From an uncultured delta proteobacterium (GTDB taxonomy: Bacteria; Myxococcota_A; Polyangia; Polyangiales; Polyangiaceae), in assembly GCA_963696385.1 (NCBI GenBank), contig CAVOKF010000008.1, positions 384,001 to 448,000 on the forward strand: 64,000 nucleotides of DNA. Direction: 5' to 3'. The notes beneath the pieces are model-generated. The model searched no databases, was not told the DNA's origin, and worked only from the letters and a program-made list of their open reading frames with translations. Below are positions 1-9,072 of this stretch, piece after piece; the first letter of the stretch is position 1, and each line of letters starts with the position of its first letter. The translations under genes were made by a program, and so were the position numbers.

Positions 1-1266
1 TCTTGAAGGCGCGCGGATCTCCGAGCTCACCCGTCGCCACGGCGTAGGCAATCGTCTCCGCCGACGCAACCACCGTTTGGCCCCTGCCGGGTATTCGGGG
101 CTCCGGATCGCAGGTACGAAGAGCGACGCCGGAGGCGGGAGGCGGATACAATTCGCCCGAGAGCACGCGCGGGTCGGGCTCGACCAGGCGCCCGCCGGTC
201 GCGATGAGATCGGTCAACGCTCCCGCGCCTGCGAGCACCTCGAGCATCTGTCGCGAAGGCGTCGCGATCAGGAAATCGAGGCGCTGGGGAACGCGTTTGC
301 TCTTGAGGAGCATCGCGACGGCAAACAGATCGCGCAGCGTGACGCCGCTGTCGCCGCCGAGCAGGGCTTGGGCCACCGGCTTGCCGGCGAGATCGCGGAC
401 CGCGCGCACTTGTCCGTTCGTATCGAGAAGCAAGGGGTCGACCGCCCCGAGGTCGATGTTGACGACCTCCTCGCAAGGGGCACCGGCGTCGGGCACGAGC
501 GCTCGATAGGCCTTGGAACGTCGCTCGTCACGCAAGAAGACTTCGGTGCGCTCGTCGCTGACGAAGAGACACGCCGCAGCCCCAACCTGCGCGGCCAGTC
601 CGGCCATGACGCTGCGCTCCGAAACCGAGAGAAGCCGCGCACTCGGACCGCCGAATTCGACGATCACCGGTGCGCTTTGCGCGTCCTCGACGCGGCGCAC
701 CACGTCGCTCAAGCCACGGCGCAAAAGCTCGAGGGCGACGTCGCGCGCGCAGACGAAAGGCCGCAGTCGCCCCCCAAGCAGCACTTGGATGCTCACCGGA
801 CGCCGGATGATCACGCGCCCGGTCGCGAGTGCGCGTCCGAGCGAAGCCGTCGGCACGACGAGCGAGAGCATCCCCACGCCTCCGACACCCGCGAGGCGTG
901 GCTCGTCGGTCAAACACAGGCGGGCCGGGCTTGCAAAGCGCTCCAGGTGGACGGGCGCGGCGAACCCCACGCCGGCCTTGGCGAACAGCAATCCATGCGC
1001 GAGCATTTCTCCGGCCGCCGATCGGACGTCGTCATCACCGTCGCTCGGCGTCATGCATCGGCCGTCGTAGGCAATGGCCACTTCGGCGCGCGTCTTCTTC
1101 AGGCCCGCCGCGAGTCCATCGGCATACGCACGAACGGGCGAGCGCGCCAGCACGATCTGGTCCACCTGAACCTCGATCGAGTCGCCCGAAAGCGCGGCCT
1201 CGCCCGATCGCGCGGCGAGGATTTTTGGGCCATGGTGCGGGGTGGATCCCCGGCTCGTGCGCGCAT
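1..1266 (-). CDS. Aconitase/isopropylmalate isomerase large-subunit family protein, Fe-S ligands absent (partial, runs off window start; 1-nt frameshift near 1222)
   Basis: Not in the ORF track; hand translation of the minus frame gives ILAARSGEAALSGDSIEVQVDQIVL...VVNIDLGAVDPLL...VRDLAGKPVAQALLGG...IATPSRQMLEVLA...VASAETIAYAVATGELGDPRAFK, collinear with single-chain aconitases. The start (MAQK-IL) is offset by one base in the T5 run 1222-1226. Confidence 0.75.
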
Positions 1267-1408
1267 GGTCGGATGGCTCTCGCCCACGGGGGCGCGGAGC
1301 GCGGCAAGGTAAACCGTCCGAGCTTTGTTGTCACGCGCCCGGGCGGCTGCCCCCCGTCCCGGCGCGTCCCGGCGGCGGTCCCGGCGCGCCCGGCGCGCCC
1401 GGCGCGAA

Positions 1409-1480
1409 GACGGCCGGCAACGGCGAACCGCGACGGCCGGCAACGGCGAACCGCGACGGCCGGCAACGGCGAACCGCGAC
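1409..1480. repeat. Three perfect tandem copies of a 23-bp unit GACGGCCGGCAACGGCGAACCGC
   Basis: Copies at 1409-1431, 1432-1454, 1455-1477 plus GAC; preceded by short CCGGCGCGC repeats at about 1381-1406. Confidence 0.95.
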
Positions 1481-1523
1481 GCATGGACACGCCGCTCTTG
1501 GCCGCGCTACTCTCGGGGAAATC

Positions 1524-1883
1524 ATGTTCCGCGATACGCTCCGCGATATCGTCGACGAGACCGAGGGCGGCGTCGCCGGCCTGGTCATGGATTCCGAGGG
1601 GATTGCGCTCGAAACGTACGCTCGCGACGGCGCTCCGTTCGATATCACGACGATCGGCATCGAGTTCGGAGTCGTCCTCGGATCCATCAAGCGGGCCGCC
1701 GACTCGCTCGACGCGGGCAGGACGCACGAAGTCGCCATCGCGACCGACAAGATGATTGCGCTCATTCGCACGCTCGGCGACACCTACTTTCTCGCGGTCG
1801 CGATGCGCCCGGACGGCAACATCGGCAAGGGACGCTTTTTGATGCGGACCGCCGTCCCCAAGCTCGTAGGCGAGCTCGGGTGA
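1524..1883 (+). CDS. mglC: Roadblock/LC7 domain protein, MglC/MglB-like
   Basis: 119 aa MFRDTLRDIVDETEGGVAGLVMDSEGIALE...DGNIGKGRFLMR; roadblock pattern; position upstream of accBC matches the mglC neighbourhood as I recall it in Myxococcus. Confidence 0.75.
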   Translation: MFRDTLRDIVDETEGGVAGLVMDSEGIALETYARDGAPFDITTIGIEFGVVLGSIKRAADSLDAGRTHEVAIATDKMIALIRTLGDTYFLAVAMRPDGNIGKGRFLMRTAVPKLVGELG

Positions 1884-2386
1884 GTCCGCGTCCGAGCGAC
1901 GAACCCGCCGGCGCCGCGACGCGCATCATTTGCATCTCAGGCCCCAACCTTCAGTTGCTCGGAACGCGCGAGCCGGACGTGTACGGTCGAGAGTCGCTCG
2001 CCGAGATCCATTCGCGGCTCGCGGCCCGTGCTCGCGCGATCGGTGTCGAGATCGACGCGAGGCAGACCAATCACGAGGGCACGATCGTCGATTGGATCGG
2101 CGACGCGGCGAAGCAAGGTTTTGCCGGCATTCTGATCAACCCCGGAGCGTATACGCACACGTCGATCGCGACCCTGGACGCGATCCGCGCCAGCGGACTG
2201 CCTTGCATCGAGGTCCATCTGTCCAATCCCGATGCACGCGAAGCATTTCGCCGCCGGTCCTGGATCGCTCGCGCAGCCGTCGGGCGAGTCGCCGGATTCG
2301 GAGGGGACAGCTACGAGCTCGCCCTCGAGGGGCTCGCGCGTCTGCTCGCACGACGCAAGACGTCGGGCGGCGATGCGCCGCGCTGA
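1880..2386 (+). CDS. aroQ: Type II 3-dehydroquinate dehydratase
   Basis: GPNLQLLGTREPDVYG, QTNHEG, INPGAYTHTS, EVHLSN..REAFR motifs; GTG start overlaps upstream TGA (GTGA). Confidence 0.95.
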   Translation: MSPRPSDEPAGAATRIICISGPNLQLLGTREPDVYGRESLAEIHSRLAARARAIGVEIDARQTNHEGTIVDWIGDAAKQGFAGILINPGAYTHTSIATLDAIRASGLPCIEVHLSNPDAREAFRRRSWIARAAVGRVAGFGGDSYELALEGLARLLARRKTSGGDAPR

Positions 2387-2510
2387 GGGGCGCTCTACCA
2401 AGGGACCCATCGCGCCGACGGATACAGGGCCAAAGCCGGGTATGAGCGCGGGCGTAAGCCGCTTCCCAGCGAGGGGGCTTCCGGCCTAAGGTGCCGGAGG
2501 CCGAGAAGAC

Positions 2511-2972
2511 ATGAGTTTCGATCTGGATCAGTTGAGTGCACTTTTCGATCTTCTGACCGCCAAGGACATCGCCGAGTTCGAGCACGAGGAAGGCGGCGTC
2601 CGCATTCGCGTCGCACGCGCGACCAGCACGGACCCCACCGGCGCGCTTGCCGCGACGGCTTCGATTCCACACGCGCCGTCTTCCTCCTTGCGTCTCGCCA
2701 AGGAGGACTCGGATGACGCGGCGGGCGGCGATTGGGTCGACGTGACGAGCCCGTTCGTGGGCAGCTTCTACCGAGCGCCTTCACCGGATACACCCCCGTT
2801 CGTCGAGGTCGGGTCGGTCGTGCGTCCGGGCCAAACCCTTTGCATCATCGAAGCGATGAAGCTGATGAACGAAATCGAGTCGGAATGCGCCGGGACCGTC
2901 ACGGAGGTATTTGCGCAAAACGGCAAGAGTGTGGAGTACGGACAGAAGCTCTTTCGCATCAAGAAAGCTTGA
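2511..2972 (+). CDS. accB: Acetyl-CoA carboxylase biotin carboxyl carrier protein
   Basis: SPFVGSFYRAPSP and EAMKLMNEI biotinylation motif. Confidence 0.97.
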   Translation: MSFDLDQLSALFDLLTAKDIAEFEHEEGGVRIRVARATSTDPTGALAATASIPHAPSSSLRLAKEDSDDAAGGDWVDVTSPFVGSFYRAPSPDTPPFVEVGSVVRPGQTLCIIEAMKLMNEIESECAGTVTEVFAQNGKSVEYGQKLFRIKKA

Positions 2973-3065
2973 AGGATCAGGGCGTTCGCACGGGTCCCGA
3001 GCCTTGCTCCCTCGCTCCGACGCGAGTCATGCCCCAAGGGCCCCCGACCCACCCCACGTGCGACC

Positions 3066-4412
3066 ATGTTCAAAAAGGTCCTGATTGCGAACCGAGGCGA
3101 AATCGCGCTGCGCGTCCTGCGGGCCTGCCGCGAGCTCGGCGTCAAGACCGTAGCGGTGCATTCCGAGGTCGACGCGCGCGCGCTGCACGTGCGCTTCGCC
3201 GACGAGGCGGTCTGCATCGGTCCCGCACCCGCCATCAAGAGCTATCTCAACGTCCCGGCCATCATCAGCGCGGCGGAAATCACCGCCGCCGACGCCATCC
3301 ACCCCGGCTACGGGTTCCTCTCCGAGAACGCCGAATTTGCCCGCATCTGCGACAAATGCGGCATCACCTTCATCGGGCCCACCCCGGAGGCCATGCGGGT
3401 GTGGGGCGACAAGGTGACGGCCCGCGCGAGCGCCGAGAAGTTCGGGCTGCCCCTCTTGCCGGGCAGCGGCGTGCTCGAAAGCGCCGATCACGCCGTGCGC
3501 GAGGCACGGCGCATCGGCTATCCGGTCATCCTCAAAGCGAGCGGCGGCGGGGGCGGACGCGGGATGCGCATCGTGCGCGGGGATCTCGAAGTCCCCGACG
3601 CGTTCGGCAGCGCCCAGCGCGAAGCCGAAACGGGCTTCAAGAACCCCGACGTGTACTGCGAGAAATTCGTCGAGCGACCTCGCCACATCGAGTTTCAAGT
3701 CCTGGCCGACAACCACGCGGGCGTGTGGACGCTCGGGGAACGCGAATGCTCGCTGCAGAGGCGCCACCAGAAACTCATCGAAGAGGCTCCCAGCCCAGCC
3801 ATGACGGCCGAGATGCGCCAGGCCATGGCCGAGGTCATCCGCAAGGCCGTGAAAGAGACCGGCTACACGTCGCTCGGCACGTTCGAGTTTCTCATGGATG
3901 AGCAACGCAGTTTGTATTTTCTGGAGATGAACACGCGCGTGCAAGTCGAGCACCCCGTCACCGAGATGGTCACCGGGCAGGACCTCGTGATGCTCCAGAT
4001 CCGAGCGGCCGCCGGAGACAAGCTCGACCTACCGGACACCCGGCCTTGGAGCTTCCGGGGACATGCTATCGAGTGCCGAATCAATGCGGAGGACCCGAAG
4101 ACGTTTGCGCCCTGGCCGGGGCTCATCACCGAATGGAATCCTCCAGGTGGAGCCGGCGTTCGCGTCGACTCGGGTGTCTACGGGGGCTGGCGAGTGCCTT
4201 CCGACTACGATTCGCTGCTCGCCAAGCTCATCGTGCATGCCGCCACGCGGCATGACGCGATCCGGCGCATGCGCGGAGCACTCGACGAGTTCATCGTCGC
4301 CGGGATCCGCACCAACGTCGATCTCCATAAAGCGCTTCTCGCCGACCGCGACGTCGTCGAAGGCACGATGACCACACGAACGGTGGAGCGCGTGACCGGC
4401 AGGAGCCATTAG
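3066..4412 (+). CDS. accC: Acetyl-CoA carboxylase biotin carboxylase subunit
   Basis: [52 protein letters not shown]. Confidence 0.98.
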   Translation: MFKKVLIANRGEIALRVLRACRELGVKTVAVHSEVDARALHVRFADEAVCIGPAPAIKSYLNVPAIISAAEITAADAIHPGYGFLSENAEFARICDKCGITFIGPTPEAMRVWGDKVTARASAEKFGLPLLPGSGVLESADHAVREARRIGYPVILKASGGGGGRGMRIVRGDLEVPDAFGSAQREAETGFKNPDVYCEKFVERPRHIEFQVLADNHAGVWTLGERECSLQRRHQKLIEEAPSPAMTAEMRQAMAEVIRKAVKETGYTSLGTFEFLMDEQRSLYFLEMNTRVQVEHPVTEMVTGQDLVMLQIRAAAGDKLDLPDTRPWSFRGHAIECRINAEDPKTFAPWPGLITEWNPPGGAGVRVDSGVYGGWRVPSDYDSLLAKLIVHAATRHDAIRRMRGALDEFIVAGIRTNVDLHKALLADRDVVEGTMTTRTVERVTGRSH

Positions 4413-4445
4413 GCTGAAGTTTCCGCCTCGGACTTCAGCGATTTT
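4413..4445 (+). terminator. Putative intrinsic terminator after accC
   Basis: GCTGAAGT (4413-4420) / ACTTCAGC (4432-4439) inverted repeat followed by GATTTT immediately after the stop. Confidence 0.45.
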
Positions 4446-4478
4446 GGTTCAGCAATTTCCAGATTAGGAGAACGGGTC

Positions 4479-5063
4479 TTGAGCTCACCCCCTACCCACC
4501 TTGCAGCCGGCACCGGCGTTCGGACGCTATCGGCCTTGCTGTTCCTTTTTGGGTCGGGGTGCGGCCAGTCCACGACCCTGCCCTACACGCCGTATTCGGG
4601 CGTCGAGATACCGTCCTCGGACGTCGTCGCCGGCGTCGGATGCGGAGCGGCACCCGGCCAGGTGTTCGGATACGCAGCCGTTCTTGGCGATCCGAGCGAC
4701 GCGTCGTCGCCGAGTCTCACTCCGCTTCCGGACGGCGCCCCACCGGTCTACGCGAGCGTATTCTCGTGTTTCACGGACGGGGCTTTTTCGGGCGTCTCGA
4801 CCTCTCCCGGGGGCGGTGCCACCGTCGAACTTTGGATCTACGCCTACGACGAAGCCAAGTTCGAAGCGGCGCAGGCGACGGTGGCGGATTTCAACTGCGG
4901 CAACCCGACCTGCCCGCTGTCGGTCGATGCCGGGATCCCATGGGTATTGCACGCGCCCAGCACGTACGTGACCACCTGCACGGCCACTCTGGAATCGGGC
5001 GACCACGTGTTGCCCGTGTGCAATCCGCTCGAGCCGTGGCCCGACGCCGGCCGCGACGAGTGA
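4479..5063 (+). CDS. Hypothetical Cys-containing lipoprotein
   Basis: Hydrophobic N-terminus ending in GSGC; fills the gap between accC and the rhomboid gene; start uncertain. Confidence 0.65.
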   Translation: MSSPPTHLAAGTGVRTLSALLFLFGSGCGQSTTLPYTPYSGVEIPSSDVVAGVGCGAAPGQVFGYAAVLGDPSDASSPSLTPLPDGAPPVYASVFSCFTDGAFSGVSTSPGGGATVELWIYAYDEAKFEAAQATVADFNCGNPTCPLSVDAGIPWVLHAPSTYVTTCTATLESGDHVLPVCNPLEPWPDAGRDE

Positions 5064-5118
5064 ACGTCGCGTCCACCGGGCTGGCACCGTCTTGGGCACC
5101 CCACTAAAGTACCCAAGC

Positions 5119-5958
5119 ATGGACGGCCCGCGGGCGATTTCGTTCACGTTCCCGAGGCCCGGCCGGGCCCTGTGGATCGTGCTCGGCGCGATGACCGCCT
5201 TGGGCCTTTTTAGCGCGATCCTCGCGACGTGGGCGCCGGACGCGAGCATCGTCTTCGACTGGCTTGGCTGCGAGCCGAGCCGCGCCTTCACCCAGCCGTG
5301 GCGACTGGTGACGTCGGGCCTGTTGACGAGCCCCGCTCACTTCAGCCATCTGCTTTTTTCGCTCGTCGGTCTGTATTTTTTGGGGGCCCCACTGGAGCGG
5401 CGGTTCCGCGGGTGGCGCTTCGCGCGCTTCTTGGCCGTCTCGGTCGTGATGGGAAACCTCGCCACGATTGCGGTCGACAAGATCGTCCCGGAGTATGGCC
5501 AGGCGCGCTTCCACCCGGACTTCGTCTATGGACCGGCGGCCGCCATCGCCGCGGTCGCCGTGGCATGGTCGCGCGAGTACCCCGATTCGACCGTCAATCT
5601 TTTTTTCTTCGTCCCGATGCAGGGCAAGATTCTTTTGTGGATCACGATCGGGTTCTGCGTGCTCGACCTCGTCTACCCGAGTGCGATGCCGGAAGGCGTC
5701 GTCGCCCCGTTCGGGGGCGTTTTGGCGGGCTTGCTTTTCGCCGGCACCCCGCCGCTCAGCCGAACCGCGTGGCTGCACCTGCGGCTCGCGCTGCTGCGGC
5801 GACGCGCCGGCGGAAATCTCCGATCCCAGGACGTGCTCTCTCCCATGCCCCCGCGGCGTCCTCGTCCGGGAGGCCCTCCGCTCCGGGTGGTGTCGGGAGG
5901 TCTCGATGACGTGCTGAAAAAGCGAAACCCGCCGAAGGACAAGCGCTACTTGAACTGA
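5119..5958 (+). CDS. Rhomboid-family membrane protein, catalytic dyad absent
   Basis: QPWRLVTSGLL (WR loop), HFSHLLFS, LGAPLE, multiple TM helices; GxSG is GPAA and AHxGG is APFGG. Confidence 0.8.
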   Translation: MDGPRAISFTFPRPGRALWIVLGAMTALGLFSAILATWAPDASIVFDWLGCEPSRAFTQPWRLVTSGLLTSPAHFSHLLFSLVGLYFLGAPLERRFRGWRFARFLAVSVVMGNLATIAVDKIVPEYGQARFHPDFVYGPAAAIAAVAVAWSREYPDSTVNLFFFVPMQGKILLWITIGFCVLDLVYPSAMPEGVVAPFGGVLAGLLFAGTPPLSRTAWLHLRLALLRRRAGGNLRSQDVLSPMPPRRPRPGGPPLRVVSGGLDDVLKKRNPPKDKRYLN

Positions 5959-5970
5959 ACGTTCTCGCCG

Positions 5971-6915
5971 ATGTGGAGCCATCGTCACCTATTGGGCATC
6001 GCGCACCTGTCGCGCCAAGACATTGTGACGTTGCTCGACTCCGCGGAGCGCTGGTTTGCCATCTCTCGCGACGAGGCCAAAACCTCGCGGGTGCTCCACG
6101 GCAGGACCATCGTCAATCTATTCTACGAGTCCTCCACCCGCACCCGCACCTCGTTCGAGGTGGCGGGCAAACGCCTCGGCGCCGATGTGGTGAACGTCAG
6201 TCCCCAGACGTCCAGCGTGACGAAAGGGGAAACGCTTCTCGATACGCTCCGCAACCTCGAGTCCTTGCGAGCCGACGCGATCGTGCTCCGCCATGCGAGT
6301 TCGGGGGCGGCCGAGTTCGTATCGGGCCATACGCGCACCTCCATCGTCAATGCAGGCGACGGTGCCCACGAGCATCCGACACAAGCGTTGCTCGATGCGT
6401 TCACGATCCGTCGCCGCCGGGGCGCGATCGAAGGCGTCGTGGTCGCCATCTGCGGCGACATTCTGCATTCGCGCGTGGCGCGATCGAACGCGCTTTTGCT
6501 CGGGCTGCTCGGAGCGGAGGTGCGTCTGTGCGGACCCCGGACGCTCCTTCCACGCGAGGCCGAGGTTCTCGGGCCGACCGTCCGGGTCTTCGGCAACATC
6601 GACGCCGCGGTCGCAGGGGCCGACGCCGTCATGATGCTGCGGATTCAGACCGAACGTCTGAGCGGAGCGATGATTGCGAGCACGCGTGAATATGCGCGGA
6701 CCTTCGGCTTGAGTCCGCGCGTGCTGGCCCTGGCCAAGACCGGTGCGCTCGTCATGCACCCCGGGCCCATCAACCGAGGCGTCGAGATCGATCCATCGGT
6801 CGCGGACGGCCCGCAAAGCGTCATCTTGGAGCAGGTGGAGGCCGGGGTGGCGATGCGGATGGCGGTGCTCGACCACGTGATCGCGGCGGGCGACGCCGAG
6901 CGCGCCCACCCATGA
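5971..6915 (+). CDS. pyrB: Aspartate carbamoyltransferase catalytic subunit
   Basis: [44 protein letters not shown]. Confidence 0.97.
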   Translation: MWSHRHLLGIAHLSRQDIVTLLDSAERWFAISRDEAKTSRVLHGRTIVNLFYESSTRTRTSFEVAGKRLGADVVNVSPQTSSVTKGETLLDTLRNLESLRADAIVLRHASSGAAEFVSGHTRTSIVNAGDGAHEHPTQALLDAFTIRRRRGAIEGVVVAICGDILHSRVARSNALLLGLLGAEVRLCGPRTLLPREAEVLGPTVRVFGNIDAAVAGADAVMMLRIQTERLSGAMIASTREYARTFGLSPRVLALAKTGALVMHPGPINRGVEIDPSVADGPQSVILEQVEAGVAMRMAVLDHVIAAGDAERAHP

Positions 6916-7730
6916 TGCGGGCGGACGCACCTCTCGGCGTCTTCGACTCGGGTCTCGGCGGCTTGACGGTCGTGCGGGCTCTTCGCGCGGCTCTTCCCAA
7001 CGAGCGCATCGTGTATCTCGGTGACACGGCGCGGGTGCCTTACGGCACGAAGGGCGCCAACACCGTCGTCAAGTATGCCCTAACCTGTGCTCGATACCTG
7101 GTCGGGGAAAACGTCAAGGCCCTCGTCATCGCATGCAACACGGTGAGCGCCGTCGCTCCCGAACGGCTTCGTATCGAACTGGACGTTCCGGTGCTCGGGG
7201 TCGTCGAGCCCGGCGCGCGTGCGGCGCTGGCCGCCACGAAAACCGGCCGCATCGGCGTGCTCGCAACGGCAGGCACCATCGGGTCTCATGCGTATCCCCG
7301 GGCCGTGGCGCAACTGTCGACACGGGCCGAGGTCGTGGGTCAGGCCGCGCCGCTCTTGGTCCCCCTGGCCGAGGAGGGCTGGGTCGAAGGCGAGGTCCCG
7401 CGCCTGGTCGTTCGCCGTTACCTCGAGCCGCTCGCGTCCGCCGAAGTCGACGTCGTCGTCTTGGGGTGCACCCACTATCCTATCCTGCGACCGCTCATCG
7501 AGAGCGAGGTGCACGATCTCGTCGGCCACGACGTCGCGGTGGTCGACAGCGCGCACGCCACGGCGAACGACGTGCGACAGTTTCTCTTGGCGAGGGAGCT
7601 CACCAACCCCCGTCCCTGTTCGGCATCGCCCGTGCGACTGATCGTGACCGACCTTCCGCGCACGTTCAGAGAGGTCGCGTCGCGCTTTCTGGGCGACGAC
7701 GTCGGCGAGGTCGAGCAAGTCGATCTGTAG
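6912..7730 (+). CDS. murI: Glutamate racemase
   Basis: [18 protein letters not shown] and LGCTHYP catalytic Cys motifs; ATGA overlap with pyrB. Confidence 0.97.
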   Translation: MMRADAPLGVFDSGLGGLTVVRALRAALPNERIVYLGDTARVPYGTKGANTVVKYALTCARYLVGENVKALVIACNTVSAVAPERLRIELDVPVLGVVEPGARAALAATKTGRIGVLATAGTIGSHAYPRAVAQLSTRAEVVGQAAPLLVPLAEEGWVEGEVPRLVVRRYLEPLASAEVDVVVLGCTHYPILRPLIESEVHDLVGHDVAVVDSAHATANDVRQFLLARELTNPRPCSASPVRLIVTDLPRTFREVASRFLGDDVGEVEQVDL

Positions 7731-7738
7731 CGGACCGA

Positions 7739-9035
7739 TTACTCTTGAATGCGGATGACCCGCGGCGGGCTCGCGACGACGCCGCTGCGCGAGATGTCGG
7801 CGAGCGCACGACGCACGTCCCGCTCCGTCGCCTCGTGCGTCAGCATGACGATGTCGACCGCGACGCCGCTCGATCCGGCTCCGCCGTCCTGCACCATTTG
7901 CTCGATCGAGACTCGGGCGTCGCCGAGCGCCCCCGCCAGCCGGGCGAGCACTCCCGGCCGATCATGGACTTGAAAACGCAAATAATCGCGGCCGCGAACA
8001 TCGTCGAGGGACGTGAGCGTCCGCGCCACCATTTGGATGCCGCGCGTCGCAAGGCCGGAAACGCCGCTCAGGCGGGCGCGAGCGACGTCGAGTACGTCGG
8101 CGACGACACTGACCGCCGTCGGCATGTCCCCCGCGCCCCGTCCGGACAACAGCGTGGGACCGAGAGCACGGCCCTCCAAGGCAATCGCATTGAGAACACC
8201 GTTGACGTTCGCGAGCTGCGTGTCGCGACGCACGAGCGCGGGGTGGACCCGAAGCTCCACCCCGTCGCCTCGGTCGCATCCGATGGCCAAGTGCTTAATC
8301 ACGAAGCCAAAGCGCTCGGCGAACCGATGATCGATGGGATCCACACCCCGAATGCCCTCGGTGGGCACGTCTCCGGCACGGACGCGCGCGCCAAACGCCA
8401 GCATCGCGAGAACCACCAGTTTGTGGGCCGCGTCGTGACCGTCCACGTCCAGACTCGGGTCCGCCTCCGCGTATCCCTTTTCCTGGGCCTCTCGAACGGC
8501 GTCATCGAAGGAGAGACCATCGGAACGCATCCGCGTCAACACGTAGTTGCACGTGCCGTTGACGATGCCTTCGAGACGCACGACCCAATCGCTCGCGAGC
8601 GCCTCGCGCAAGACACGGATCACCGGAATGCCGCCCCCCACGGACCCCTCGAAGGCGAGAATCGACTCCGTTCGCAATCGCCCGATCCACCAGGCAGGGG
8701 CCGTGCAACGCGAGAAGCATCTTGTTGGCCGTCACGACGCTCCGCTTCGTGTCGATGGCGCGCTCCACGTAGCCTTTGGCCGGGACCACACCTCCCATCA
8801 CCTCGATGACGACGTCGATGGATGGATCGCCGAGAATCGCTTCGGGATCGGTCGTGACCCGGGAGTGATCGAGCTCCGGGACACGACCCTTGTTCGGGTT
8901 GCGGACCAGGACGCGCGCCACCTCGAGCGGGGCGCCTACGCTTTGCGCCACGTACTGGGCGTTCGCGTGCAGAAGTTGCACCACGCCACCGCCGACAGTG
9001 CCGCAGCCGAGAAGGCCGAGCCGTACCGGTTTCAT
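7739..9035 (-). CDS. hom: Homoserine dehydrogenase with C-terminal ACT domain (1-nt frameshift near 8661)
   Basis: N-part GLLGCGTVGGGV...VVTANK (ORF 8502-9053) continues in ORF 7739-8677 as FEGSVGGGIP, GIVNGTCNY, GYAEADP, GRGAG..PTA, DRPGVLA; junction GAT-T-CTC has one extra base. Confidence 0.93.
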
Positions 9036-9072
9036 CGGCGGCAGTGTACACACCGCCTCGCAGCGGACCGCC

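Noticed and set aside
77..1312. 411-aa plus-strand ORF
   Set aside because: Codon-aligned antisense shadow of the minus-strand aconitase-like gene; no recognisable motifs.
1409..1480. Possible mini-CRISPR
   Set aside because: Repeats are contiguous with no spacers and there are no cas genes.
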